DNA of 64,000 bases from an uncultured Clostridia bacterium. GTDB taxonomy: Bacteria; Bacillota; Clostridia; Christensenellales; UBA1242. The notes under the pieces are model-generated. The model made no database searches. It was given only the letters and a program-made list of their open reading frames with translations, and was not told the origin of the DNA. Position numbers and translations under genes: made by a program. Shown piece after piece: positions 27,817 to 38,060 of this stretch; position 1 is the stretch's first letter; each line of letters starts with the position of its first letter. The stretch covers positions 188,663-252,662 of the forward strand of contig CAKVHF010000001.1 in NCBI GenBank assembly GCA_934748015.1, in the 5' to 3' direction.

Positions 27817-30789
27817 ATGCCAGTATATCCCAGCAAAAAAAGTTCAATTGTATCTAAGAGAAAACGATACCAATCCAAGGTTGGTATAGCTTTAATTTGT
27901 GTTTTTTCTATTCTGCTTATCAATATGATATTTAACATTATTGGCTTTGTTAATTCATTTCTATATGGTGTGTTCGGGCTATCTGTGTATCCAGTGTCAC
28001 TATTCCTTATAGCACTGGGCATCATGAAGATTAAGCGTGTTAAGATCAAACTTTCCGGCAAAGAGTTGACATATCTTATTTTGTCGTTCGTTTGCTTGCT
28101 TGCAATAGTGCATGTTCTTACATCCAGTGGGATTATTAATAATTCTTACAAACAATATCTGGTTGATAGTTATACTTGTGCTAGGGGTTATACAGCCGGT
28201 GGCATAATATTTAGTTTTCTATGCTATCCTATATACAACATCACACACTTAGCAGGGGCAACAACTATTTTGGCAATATTGCTAGTTCTATTTATTGCAT
28301 TATTTGTTGACACTATGTACAAGAAGAAACAAGCACAAGTGTATGTAGAAGACGCTAGCAATGGCTATATCAAGAAGGCGGAAGATCAGCCTAACGATGT
28401 ATCAGATAGTCAAGACTATGTAGCCAAAACACCTAGTGAGACACCTTATGACGAAGATGTTTTTATCTCTGATGACGAGCCTAAGGTGGAAGAAGACGAA
28501 ACTGCTGAAAGGTCGAAGGCGCTAAAGATATTAGGCTTGGAGAAAGAACCTAGTATGGAAGTGGATGAGGATGATGAAGATCTATTTATAAACGATGACG
28601 AAGTATCAGTTAAGAAACCTCAAATGGTGGTGCATGAGGAAGAGCCAATAGATGGCACAATGGAAGAGGATCTAGCACCAGCAATGGCTACACAAACTGT
28701 CCAATCTGTTGCAACTAGCAATCCGGTTGACAAAGAAAAACAAGAAATCAAAATGCGTAACAAAGCATATCTAGATGATATAATGGGTAGGTCAAGTGCC
28801 ACTCCAGAAACTAAGAAAGAAACAATCAGATCACAGAGCGAAGTTAGATCTAGTGCTAAGGAAAAATTGTTTGGCAAACCAACCAATAATATGTTTGATA
28901 ACAGTCGTGATGATAGAAAAAATAATGATTATTCTGCTCGCAATCAAAACGCATATAATAGCAATAATAACATAACCAGCAGGGGAGATAATTCACGCAA
29001 TAATAGTTTATTTAATAATGATCGAAACAATAGAAACAACTCGTTTAACAACTACAACAATAAGCAAAACAATATTTCGTCCAGCAATAGTGACATATAT
29101 GATCCTAACTTGACAATGAAGAGTTATGAGAAGAATAAGACTGACTATATTAATACTCTTAATAACTTTGATACTGACACCGTCAAGATCGCACGTGCTA
29201 ATGAAGTATACAATATGCAAGAAAATACCCAACGTGCGGATGCTAAAGCATATCAATCCAACATTGTTAATGTAAATGAAATCAACAAGATTAAGCCACC
29301 TAAAGAAAAGGTTAAACGAAGACCTTATGTTAGACCTACATTGGATCTATTGCAGACTTATGACAACCAAAATCACATGTCAGAGGACGTACAGGCAAGG
29401 GCTCAGAGCCTAGAGCGTGTGCTAGAAAGCTTCCATATTCCAGCCAAAGTCTGTTCTATTGCACAAGGCCCAACATTTACAAGATTTGAGTTGACGATGC
29501 CAGTTGGTATATCAGTTAAGAAGATTGACAGCCTTGTGCCAGATATGCAGATGGCACTTGCTTGCAAAGGCTCAATCCGTACCGAAATACCTATCCCAGG
29601 CAAGAGTGCTTTTGGTGTCGAAGTTCCTAACGAGAACAAGGAAACTGTTGGCTTAAGAGAGGTTATCGATTCTTATGATTTTCAGAACTCAAAATATACA
29701 ACCGCTTATGGACTAGGTAAGGACATATCCAATTCCGCCATAATCGGAAATATTGAAAAAATGCCTCACTTATTAGTTGCAGGTACAACTGGTAGTGGTA
29801 AATCTGTTTGCCTTAACTCTATGCTTATAAGTTTGTTGTATAAGTCTAGCCCAGAAGATCTAAGGCTGATATTGATAGACCCTAAGAGACTAGAGTTCTC
29901 GCTATACAATGGATTACCTCACTTGCTAGTGCCTAATGTAATAACTGACAAAGACAAGGCAATGAATGCTTTTGATTGGCTAATTGACGAAATGAACCGC
30001 CGTATTAATTATTTTGACTCGCTTAAGGCTGGTATCAGAAACATAGATGAGTACAACTCCTCCCAATTAGTCAAGAGTGGCGAAAAAGAAAAAATGCCTA
30101 AAATTGTAGTAGTTGTAGATGAGTTAAACGAACTTATGATGCAGACTAAGAAAGAGATGGAATCTAAGATTGTTCGTATCGCACAGTTGTCTAGAGCGGT
30201 TGGTATTCACCTTGTTCTTGCTACTCAGAGACCTAGTACTGACGTTATTACTGGTCTTGTTAAGAGTAACTTGCCATCTCGTATCGCATTTGCAGTATCA
30301 TCATTTACCGATAGTTTAACTATCCTAGGTCAGGGCGGTGCAGAAACACTTCTTGGTTATGGTGACATGTTGTATGCTCCAGTAGGTTGCAACAAGCCTC
30401 ATCGTATCCAAGGTGCTTTCCTAAGCAATCTAGAGGTTGAGAAAGTTGTTGAGTTTGTCAAAGCAAATAACGATTGCATCTTTGATGAAGATCTAGAAGA
30501 TCAGATGTTTAACAGAAATGTAGAAGAAAATATGGCAGAATCATCAACCGGTGAGAAGGGCAAGAGTAGTGACCCATTGATGAAAGAAGCGGTAAGATGT
30601 GCAATTAAGTTCGGCAATATATCCACCACCAAGTTGCAACGTTGCCTAGGCATAGGTTATCCACGTGCTGCTAAGTTGGTTGACGATATGGAAGAACTAA
30701 ATTATATATCCAAGAAGGATGATAAAAATAATAGAGTTATATTTATATCTCAGCAAGAATTTGAAGAAATTTATGGAGAAGACTTTTAA
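27817..30789 (+). CDS. ftsK: DNA translocase FtsK/SpoIIIE (990 aa)
   Basis: N-terminal TM helices, a long low-complexity linker, motor domain with Walker A GTTGSGKS and Walker B VVVVDE, and a C-terminal gamma wHTH (LQRCLGIGYPRAAKLVDDME). Confidence 0.93.
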   Translation: MPVYPSKKSSIVSKRKRYQSKVGIALICVFSILLINMIFNIIGFVNSFLYGVFGLSVYPVSLFLIALGIMKIKRVKIKLSGKELTYLILSFVCLLAIVHVLTSSGIINNSYKQYLVDSYTCARGYTAGGIIFSFLCYPIYNITHLAGATTILAILLVLFIALFVDTMYKKKQAQVYVEDASNGYIKKAEDQPNDVSDSQDYVAKTPSETPYDEDVFISDDEPKVEEDETAERSKALKILGLEKEPSMEVDEDDEDLFINDDEVSVKKPQMVVHEEEPIDGTMEEDLAPAMATQTVQSVATSNPVDKEKQEIKMRNKAYLDDIMGRSSATPETKKETIRSQSEVRSSAKEKLFGKPTNNMFDNSRDDRKNNDYSARNQNAYNSNNNITSRGDNSRNNSLFNNDRNNRNNSFNNYNNKQNNISSSNSDIYDPNLTMKSYEKNKTDYINTLNNFDTDTVKIARANEVYNMQENTQRADAKAYQSNIVNVNEINKIKPPKEKVKRRPYVRPTLDLLQTYDNQNHMSEDVQARAQSLERVLESFHIPAKVCSIAQGPTFTRFELTMPVGISVKKIDSLVPDMQMALACKGSIRTEIPIPGKSAFGVEVPNENKETVGLREVIDSYDFQNSKYTTAYGLGKDISNSAIIGNIEKMPHLLVAGTTGSGKSVCLNSMLISLLYKSSPEDLRLILIDPKRLEFSLYNGLPHLLVPNVITDKDKAMNAFDWLIDEMNRRINYFDSLKAGIRNIDEYNSSQLVKSGEKEKMPKIVVVVDELNELMMQTKKEMESKIVRIAQLSRAVGIHLVLATQRPSTDVITGLVKSNLPSRIAFAVSSFTDSLTILGQGGAETLLGYGDMLYAPVGCNKPHRIQGAFLSNLEVEKVVEFVKANNDCIFDEDLEDQMFNRNVEENMAESSTGEKGKSSDPLMKEAVRCAIKFGNISTTKLQRCLGIGYPRAAKLVDDMEELNYISKKDDKNNRVIFISQQEFEEIYGEDF

Positions 30790-32099
30790 TGGACATACTT
30801 AAGAAAAAAATAGGCTTTGTAAGTCTTGGCTGTGACAAAAATCGTGTTGATCTGGAGAAGATGATTAGTAACATCCACTCGGCTGGCTTTGAGATAACAG
30901 GTGATGCAAAATCCGCTAATGTGGTAATTATCAATACATGTTCGTTTATCAAAACCGCAAGAGAAGAGTCAATCGAGGCAATTTTGACCGCTGGCAAATG
31001 CAAAGAAAACAAGCAACTGGAGCATATCATAGTTACTGGTTGCCTAAATGAAATGCAGTACTCCGACCTAGAGTCTAGTTTGCCAGAAGTAGATGCTTTT
31101 GTTAATATCAAAGACAATGATAAGATAGTCGACAAAATATATGCCTTGTATGGCGAAAAGCCAAGAGTGGAGTGCGTATATAGCACTGTTGCAAGAGAAC
31201 TGACCACTCCACATCATTATGCATATCTTAAGATAGCAGATGGATGTGACAACTTCTGTTCCTATTGCAAGATCCCATACATTAGGGGTAGATATCGCAG
31301 TGAATCGCTTGATAACCTTATGATGGAGGCAAAAAACCTAGTAGATAACGGTGTTAAAGAGATTATTCTCGTTGCCCAAGATGTAACCAAGTATGGCAGT
31401 GATTTCAAGGATGGAACAACCCTTGTTACATTGATCAGAAGACTGTCGGAGTTACAGGGTTTGCACTGGATAAGGCTATTATATTGCTATCCAGAGAGTA
31501 TCACAGATGACCTTATTACAGAGATTAGAGACAACCCAAAGGTGTGCAAGTATCTAGATATTCCATTGCAACACGTAGACTCTGATATTCTGAAATCAAT
31601 GAACCGCAAAAATAATTATGACAAAATTGTTAACCTTATAAATAAGTTAAGACATGAGATCCCAAACATAGCACTAAGAACCACATTTATAGTTGGCTTG
31701 CCGGGCGAGAAAAAGGAACACTTCAATAGATTGTTGCAGTTTGTTAAAGACTTCAAACTTAATTATGTGGGCTTCTTCAAATATAGTCGAGAAGAGGGGA
31801 CAAGAGCGTACGACTTTGCTGGACAGGTATCTGAGAAGACCAAACAGAGTAGACTGGATGCAATATCCGAAGTACAATATGCCAATGTGTTGGAAACCAA
31901 TGCAAATGAGGTTGGCAAAGAATATGAAGTCGTGGTAGACAGGATCGAGGATGATTATGCTGTGTGCCGTAGCCAATATCAAAATCCAGAATCGGATAAT
32001 GTCATATATGTTAACAATCTAAATATGCATATAGGTGAGTTTTACAAAGTCAAAATAGTCGCTTACGAAGGCTATGACTTGGAAGGAGAAAGATTATGA
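30789..32099 (+). CDS. rimO: Ribosomal protein S12 methylthiotransferase RimO (radical SAM, MiaB family)
   Basis: UPF0004 N-domain Cys residues (LGCDKN, NTCSF, TGC), radical SAM CxxxCxxC (CDNFCSYC), and a TRAM domain at the C-terminus. Confidence 0.88.
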   Translation: MDILKKKIGFVSLGCDKNRVDLEKMISNIHSAGFEITGDAKSANVVIINTCSFIKTAREESIEAILTAGKCKENKQLEHIIVTGCLNEMQYSDLESSLPEVDAFVNIKDNDKIVDKIYALYGEKPRVECVYSTVARELTTPHHYAYLKIADGCDNFCSYCKIPYIRGRYRSESLDNLMMEAKNLVDNGVKEIILVAQDVTKYGSDFKDGTTLVTLIRRLSELQGLHWIRLLYCYPESITDDLITEIRDNPKVCKYLDIPLQHVDSDILKSMNRKNNYDKIVNLINKLRHEIPNIALRTTFIVGLPGEKKEHFNRLLQFVKDFKLNYVGFFKYSREEGTRAYDFAGQVSEKTKQSRLDAISEVQYANVLETNANEVGKEYEVVVDRIEDDYAVCRSQYQNPESDNVIYVNNLNMHIGEFYKVKIVAYEGYDLEGERL

Positions 32100-32752
32100 A
32101 TACACCTACGAAAATCACTATGGTAAGAATAATGCTTACCCCACTAATGCTATTCTTTTATTTGGCTGATTTTATACCTTACAACCTTGGCAAACTATTT
32201 GCGTTTATATGTTTCTTTGGTGGTGTAATGACAGACTTTTTGGACGGATATCTAGCCAGAAAGAACAACCAAGTAACTAACTTGGGCAAGTTTCTAGACC
32301 CAATTGCCGACAAGCTTTTGGTTACTACATGTATGGTATTGTTAATTACTGGCGCTAATCCGGTTATACCAACAATCACAGGTATTATCTTTATGTTCTT
32401 CAACTTGCAACGTGACTATATGATTACTGGCTTTAGACAGATAGGTCAGTTGAAGGGGATTATTGTTGCATCAGATATACCGGGCAAATTGAAAGCAATC
32501 TTCCAATATATTACTCTTAATATCTGCATGTTCTATGCTTATATTAGAGAATTATCTTGGGGTGCTGATCACACATTACATACAGTATATTTAATTGTAA
32601 TGTATGCGTTTATTGTTCTAACTTGCTTATTTATGATTATCTCCGAAGTTAACTATATTATCAAAAATCCTAATGTCTTGAAGGATGAGCCAAAAGAGAC
32701 TGCCCCTAAGACAGAAGAAAAGAAATCGGAGACTACTACAGCACAATCTTGA
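32096..32752 (+). CDS. pgsA: CDP-diacylglycerol--glycerol-3-phosphate 3-phosphatidyltransferase
   Basis: CDP-alcohol phosphotransferase motif DFLDGYLAR...GKFLDPIADK. Confidence 0.9.
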   Translation: MNTPTKITMVRIMLTPLMLFFYLADFIPYNLGKLFAFICFFGGVMTDFLDGYLARKNNQVTNLGKFLDPIADKLLVTTCMVLLITGANPVIPTITGIIFMFFNLQRDYMITGFRQIGQLKGIIVASDIPGKLKAIFQYITLNICMFYAYIRELSWGADHTLHTVYLIVMYAFIVLTCLFMIISEVNYIIKNPNVLKDEPKETAPKTEEKKSETTTAQS

Positions 32753-34011
32753 TTGCGAGTATTGATATGATAAATTATGCATATTTAGACATTGATTACG
32801 ATCCAACTTTTAGCGATCCGATCCTAGAATATTTATCCTATAGTTTAGCGAAATATGGCATGTCACTTGATAATTTCAGTGGCATGGCTTTTTCGCTTGA
32901 TAATGTCAAGAATTTTCTAAGTATTTGCCCTAATAGCCTAGTTTTTGTCAAATTAAGTACATCTTTTGACAAAAACGAGCAATTAAAGAAATACTTGTGT
33001 GAGTGTTTTGATACATTTTTGACTAAAAACACTGCTAACAAATTTGCAATTGAGAGTTATCTAAGATTATGTCAATCTGACATCGCCAATGCCCAAGATT
33101 TCGAGAAAGAATCGCTTATTCCTGATGGTGCAGAACCTCTTAATAGTGATATGGGCTTTGTGCAAGGCTATATGCTTAATTACAAGAGCTATAATTTTTG
33201 TTTTTTGCCACCTAAGATAGAGCAGGTTAAGGATATTGTTAACAATCGCTTACCGAGTATATTTGCTAGACTGTACAAGACTCCAACAGAGTTTATTAAT
33301 CTTAAGACATTTGGACTAAATAGAGAACAGATAATGCAACAGATCAAGCCTTTTGTTAATAATAGCCTAGGGGTAAGTATCAATATTGCAGAGAAGTATA
33401 CTGATGCACTTATTTCTATCGGTTATGATAGTCATGCGTCAGAGAGTGAAGTTAATAATTTTGTGTCACAGATCTGTGAAACACTTCGAAAGCACCTATA
33501 TGCAACTGAAGACTCCGATATATTTACAATTGCCTTAGATATGATGAGATTGACTGGCAAGAAATTGGCGTTGGTTGAAAGTCTAACAATGGGTACGTGT
33601 TTTGGTGAATTTGCTAATGTTTCTAATGGTAAAATCAACGATAGCATTGGATATTTCAAAATAATCAACAATATATCCGACCTTATTGATTGCAAAGGTG
33701 TAGATAGAGATATTGTATCAACTAAGGGACTATATTCAGTTGATTCTACTTACGAGATATCTACTGCAGTAATTAATGAGACTGGTTGCGATCTGGTTCT
33801 GTCATCCTTGGCGGAGTACAACGAGACTAGTGAACAAGCCATTGCTTATCTTGCGGTAGGCGATCAAGACGGCATACACATATATAAGCAGACTATCAAG
33901 GGTGATAAGTCGGTTATCGGCAAATTGGTTGCACACAATATGTGTTTTTACTTGATCCGAAAACTAAAACAGAACGATTTAATTTTTGATCAAACTTTAG
34001 CAAATATGTGA
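32749..34011 (+). CDS. CinA-like protein, highly divergent (called mainly from pgsA-cinA-recA synteny)
   Basis: 420 aa, the usual CinA size and position. The C-terminal part has [16 protein letters not shown] where CinA/PncC has an ESCTGG-type motif. The N-terminal MoCF-type motifs were not recognised. Confidence 0.45.
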   Translation: MIASIDMINYAYLDIDYDPTFSDPILEYLSYSLAKYGMSLDNFSGMAFSLDNVKNFLSICPNSLVFVKLSTSFDKNEQLKKYLCECFDTFLTKNTANKFAIESYLRLCQSDIANAQDFEKESLIPDGAEPLNSDMGFVQGYMLNYKSYNFCFLPPKIEQVKDIVNNRLPSIFARLYKTPTEFINLKTFGLNREQIMQQIKPFVNNSLGVSINIAEKYTDALISIGYDSHASESEVNNFVSQICETLRKHLYATEDSDIFTIALDMMRLTGKKLALVESLTMGTCFGEFANVSNGKINDSIGYFKIINNISDLIDCKGVDRDIVSTKGLYSVDSTYEISTAVINETGCDLVLSSLAEYNETSEQAIAYLAVGDQDGIHIYKQTIKGDKSVIGKLVAHNMCFYLIRKLKQNDLIFDQTLANM

Positions 34012-34085
34012 ACAAATGTTTGATTTTTGATACACAATGTGATATAATCATGGATGTAAAATCAAATTATTCAAGGATAACAATT

Positions 34086-35102
34086 ATGGATGAAAATAAG
34101 AAGAAAGCGTTAGAATTGGCTCTATTGCAGATTGAGAAACAATTTGGCAAGGGCAGTATTATGAAATTGGGTGATACCCAGTATCAAAATGTTGAAGTTA
34201 TTCCTACAGGATGCTTAACATTGGATGCAGCATTGGGTATTGGTGGTGTTCCTAGAGGACGTATTATTGAGATCTATGGTCCAGAGTCTTCTGGTAAAAC
34301 AACTGTATCTCTACATATCTTGGCTGAGGCTCAGAAGATGGGTGGCACAGCAGCATTTATAGATGCAGAGCATGCTCTAGATCCTATCTATGCATCACAT
34401 CTAGGCGTAAATGTAGACGAATTGTATGTCAGCCAGCCAGATACTGGTGAACAAGCACTAGATATATGCGAGTCTTTGGTTAGAAGCGGTGCGGTTGATA
34501 TTATTGTTATCGACTCAGTTGCTGCACTTACACCTAAGGCAGAGATCGATGGTGAGATGGGAGATAACTTCATCGGTACACAAGCTAGACTTATGAGTCA
34601 GGCTTTGCGTAAATTAACTGCTATCACCAACAAGAGCAAGACCTGTGTTATCTTCATTAACCAATTGCGTGACAAGATTGGTGTAATCTATGGTAGCCCA
34701 GAGACAACTACTGGTGGTAAAGCACTAAAATTCTATTCTAGTATCCGTCTAGATGTAAGAAAGGTTGATACAATCAAGGATGGCGCTAATATCATAGGTA
34801 ACAGAACCAAGGTTAAGGTTGTTAAGAATAAGATGGCTCCTCCATTCAAGGTTGCAGAGTTTGATATCATGTACGGCAAAGGTATTGATAAGATCGGTTG
34901 CATAATTGATGTCGCAATCGATGCAGATATAATCAATAAGAGCGGTAGTTGGTATTCTTACAATGGTAGCAAAATTGGTCAAGGCAAGGAAAATGTCAAG
35001 GCATTCTTGCAAGCATCTCCAGAGTTGCTAGCAGAGGTAGAGGCTAAGGTAAGAGAGAAGATGGATGCAATCTCCGGCAAGGTTGAGGTTGACGAACAAT
35101 AA
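34086..35102 (+). CDS. recA: Recombinase RecA
   Basis: [27 protein letters not shown]-terminus, Walker [10 protein letters not shown], and L1/L2 loop regions. ATG 34086 is preferred over 34008. Confidence 0.97.
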   Translation: MDENKKKALELALLQIEKQFGKGSIMKLGDTQYQNVEVIPTGCLTLDAALGIGGVPRGRIIEIYGPESSGKTTVSLHILAEAQKMGGTAAFIDAEHALDPIYASHLGVNVDELYVSQPDTGEQALDICESLVRSGAVDIIVIDSVAALTPKAEIDGEMGDNFIGTQARLMSQALRKLTAITNKSKTCVIFINQLRDKIGVIYGSPETTTGGKALKFYSSIRLDVRKVDTIKDGANIIGNRTKVKVVKNKMAPPFKVAEFDIMYGKGIDKIGCIIDVAIDADIINKSGSWYSYNGSKIGQGKENVKAFLQASPELLAEVEAKVREKMDAISGKVEVDEQ

Positions 35103-35115
35103 TAATTAAGCATAA

Positions 35116-35156
35116 GCACACTGTTGTACTACAAAATACATACAGTGTGTTTTTTG
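35116..35156 (+). terminator. Intrinsic terminator after recA
   Basis: GCACACTGT pairs with ACAGTGTGT, followed by a T-run. Confidence 0.75.
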
Positions 35157-35334
35157 TTCTTTTAGGTTAAAAAATTTTTTTGTATAATTAAAAATATTTT
35201 GTATTTAAGTAAATCTATGCAATAATATTGTTGTTGTACACATAACATGTGTAACTATATAACAAAAATAATAGTTGCTATTATGCGACTATAAAATATA
35301 GTTAGAAACAACACTATAAGAGGAGAAAATATAA

Positions 35335-36954
35335 ATGACAAAAAGTAAAAAAATGTTAGCCTTAGTCATTGCATTAGTTGTTATGTTGGTTGCAGTCAGT
35401 GGTACACTTATTGCAGTACTGGTTGCTGGCAACCAGAGTGCCCAGTCTAAGGTACATGTTAAGTACACTAGTAGTGATGTCAATGTTAAGGTAGAGGCTA
35501 AATACTATGTTGGATCAACTGGTACAGACATGGTAGACAAGAGCAATAGCAATGCAAAATCTATAGAACTGGATGCTAATAAGACATCAGGTTCACTTGA
35601 TCAACCCGCATCTGAGGTCTCACTAAGCAAAACTAATAATAAAATAATATACGAATATAAGTTTACTAACTTATCCACAACCATCCCAGCCACTATCGGT
35701 CAGTTAGTTGAGAATGGCAGTGTTGTTGTGCCAAAAGATAGCAATAACAATGTGCATCTAACATACACATCATCATCATCCGCACTAGGTTTAGGAGCAA
35801 CTAGTGACGCAACTACACTTAACACGCAAGGTCTTCCAGCAGGAACAACAAGATATGTATATGTTATTGTATCTATTGTAGAACTACTTAATAATGTAGA
35901 CTTTGAGGGCACATTTGGCTGGGATCTAGCAAAAGGTACTACTGCTAGCCTAGATACAACAGGTAGCGGAAATAGTATCGTTAATGTTAACACATCTCAG
36001 ACAGGTTTCTACAACGCAGCATCACTACAAAATATAGACCTTATGGTAGGTGTAGAGAACCAAGAACCAGATATCTATCCAATGATAGCTAACAAATGCT
36101 TTACAGGTTGGTACACCAATTCTGCACTTACAACCAAAGCAGTCTTCCCTATGGTAGTTACTGCGGATACTAAGTTGTATCCAAAAAATGAAACTGCCAC
36201 GAGTGGGTTGGTTTATGGGTATAGTGCCTCATCACAAACATATCACATAGGTGATGGAAGTTCATCTTTTGCAGGAACTGCAACAGAAATTATAATTCCA
36301 GACATGTTTGATGATGGCACTAATGGATTAAAAGAAGTAAAAAGTGTTTATCCAGAGGCTTTTAGTGGTTGTGTGAATATATCAGAAGTTGTTTTTCCTA
36401 AGAATTTAGTAGCTATTGGTAGATACGCATTTGACGGATGTTCAAGTTTAACAAGCATTAATCTTCCAAAAGGGTTGATAGAACTTAATCGCTATGCGTT
36501 TAAAGATTGCAATAATGTAAAAAGTATAATAATTGAAAGCGAAAATCTTATGACATTTGATAATAGTGTTTTTTATAATTGTAGTAAGAGTTTAGTCAGT
36601 ATCAAAGTAACATCTAGCAGTTTATATCTAAGATCTGAAGGAAACTGCTTAATAGATACAAGGTATAATATACTGCTTATAGGATGTCGAAATTCAGTTA
36701 TACCTAATTATATAACAGATATTGCACCATGGGCATTTTACAATTGTAAACAATTATCAAATATTAATATACCTGTAAGTGTAGAGTATATTGGCAATGA
36801 AGCATTTTATGGTTGTGACAATTTAACTAGTGTTGTATTTGATGATACAATTGGTTGGAAATCTGGAGGGACGAGTATTGACATTTCTAAAGTAGATTAT
36901 ACTGCGAACGCATTGTTATTAAGAACTGCAGATGGTTCATTTTCTAAATCATAA
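35335..36954 (+). CDS. Membrane-anchored surface protein, paralog 4 (539 aa)
   Basis: RBS GAGGAG. The first ~200 codons are nearly identical in DNA to paralog 2 (MTKSKKMLALVIALVVMLVAVSGTLIAVLVAGNQSAQSKVHVKYTSSDVNVKVEAKYYVGSTGTDMVDKSNSNAKSIELD...). Contains CFTGWYTN...LYPK and divergent LRR units. Lacks the KYWNRA tail. Confidence 0.85.
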   Translation: MTKSKKMLALVIALVVMLVAVSGTLIAVLVAGNQSAQSKVHVKYTSSDVNVKVEAKYYVGSTGTDMVDKSNSNAKSIELDANKTSGSLDQPASEVSLSKTNNKIIYEYKFTNLSTTIPATIGQLVENGSVVVPKDSNNNVHLTYTSSSSALGLGATSDATTLNTQGLPAGTTRYVYVIVSIVELLNNVDFEGTFGWDLAKGTTASLDTTGSGNSIVNVNTSQTGFYNAASLQNIDLMVGVENQEPDIYPMIANKCFTGWYTNSALTTKAVFPMVVTADTKLYPKNETATSGLVYGYSASSQTYHIGDGSSSFAGTATEIIIPDMFDDGTNGLKEVKSVYPEAFSGCVNISEVVFPKNLVAIGRYAFDGCSSLTSINLPKGLIELNRYAFKDCNNVKSIIIESENLMTFDNSVFYNCSKSLVSIKVTSSSLYLRSEGNCLIDTRYNILLIGCRNSVIPNYITDIAPWAFYNCKQLSNINIPVSVEYIGNEAFYGCDNLTSVVFDDTIGWKSGGTSIDISKVDYTANALLLRTADGSFSKS

Positions 36955-36980
36955 AACTTGTTATTTTATATAATTGGTTT

Positions 36981-37020
36981 AACTTTATAAGCAAAAAATC
37001 GAAGCTTATAAAGTTTTTTT
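36981..37020 (+). terminator. Intrinsic terminator after paralog 4
   Basis: AACTTTATAAGC pairs with GCTTATAAAGTT, followed by a T-run. Confidence 0.8.
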
Positions 37021-37083
37021 ATGTAAAAAATTGATTTATTTTGGAAGATTTGCTACAATTTGATAGATAGTCAGGTAAATAAT

Positions 37084-37875
37084 ATGAGATTTTGTTCATT
37101 GGCTAGTTCCTCCAAAGGGAATTGTAGCGTTGTATATACAGACAATACGCATATCTTAATAGATGCAGGGATTTCCCTTGGTGAGATAGAGTTGAAGTTA
37201 CAAGCTCTGTCTATTTCTGTTGCAGACCTTGACGGAATTATTATCACTCACGAGCATGGTGACCATATCAAGAGTGTAGGTGCTCTGAACCGCAAATACG
37301 GTGTAAAAATATTTACCCATATTTTGGCTTATGATAGCCTTATCAAGAAGTTGGGCAAAGTTAGAGAAAATACTGTACTTACTTTTTCGGATGTGCCTTT
37401 TAAGATAGGTGATCTGGTGGTTGAAGCATTTAGGCTTCCGCACGATGTGCCATGCTGTTGTGGGTTCAACATTTATCACAATGCTCGCAAAATCAGTTTT
37501 GCAACCGATTTGGGACACATAACAGAAGACATTATTGCTAAGTTCTATGATAGTAAGTTGGTTGTACTAGAGTCCAATCATGATGAAACAATGCTTATGG
37601 CTAATCCGAAATATTCTTTCCAATTAAAACAGCGTATCAAGGGAGAAAACGGACACCTTAGCAATATTGTATGTGCCAAGGTTGTTAGTAGGCTTGCGAC
37701 TAACAATGTTAGACAAATGGTGCTTGCACACCTTAGCGAGGAAAATAACACACCAGAGTTGTGTTATAATACAGTGACCAAATATCTACGCAGTGTAGGA
37801 GTTGAACCAGAGGTCAATATCAAGATATTTGTGGCATCCCCACACAATCTTAGTCCGATATTTCATATAGTGTAG
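37084..37875 (+). CDS. MBL-fold metallo-hydrolase (YycJ/WalJ-like)
   Basis: HxHxDH motif (ITHEHGDHI). N-terminus MRFCSLASSSKGNCSVV is typical of the YycJ group. Confidence 0.8.
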   Translation: MRFCSLASSSKGNCSVVYTDNTHILIDAGISLGEIELKLQALSISVADLDGIIITHEHGDHIKSVGALNRKYGVKIFTHILAYDSLIKKLGKVRENTVLTFSDVPFKIGDLVVEAFRLPHDVPCCCGFNIYHNARKISFATDLGHITEDIIAKFYDSKLVVLESNHDETMLMANPKYSFQLKQRIKGENGHLSNIVCAKVVSRLATNNVRQMVLAHLSEENNTPELCYNTVTKYLRSVGVEPEVNIKIFVASPHNLSPIFHIV

Positions 37876-38060
37876 GATTTAGAAGGCAAAATACTTAAAA
37901 ATGTCTATTTTATGCAAAAATTAATGATTTTATGTGTAATTTTTTGATTTTTTAGCGAAAATTGTTCAAAATTTGAGCAGTTTTTGCTTTTTTTAGAGTG
38001 TTTTGACAAATTTTTGTTGTATATATTAGATGAAGTTTTTTGGAAAAGTAGGGTAATATT

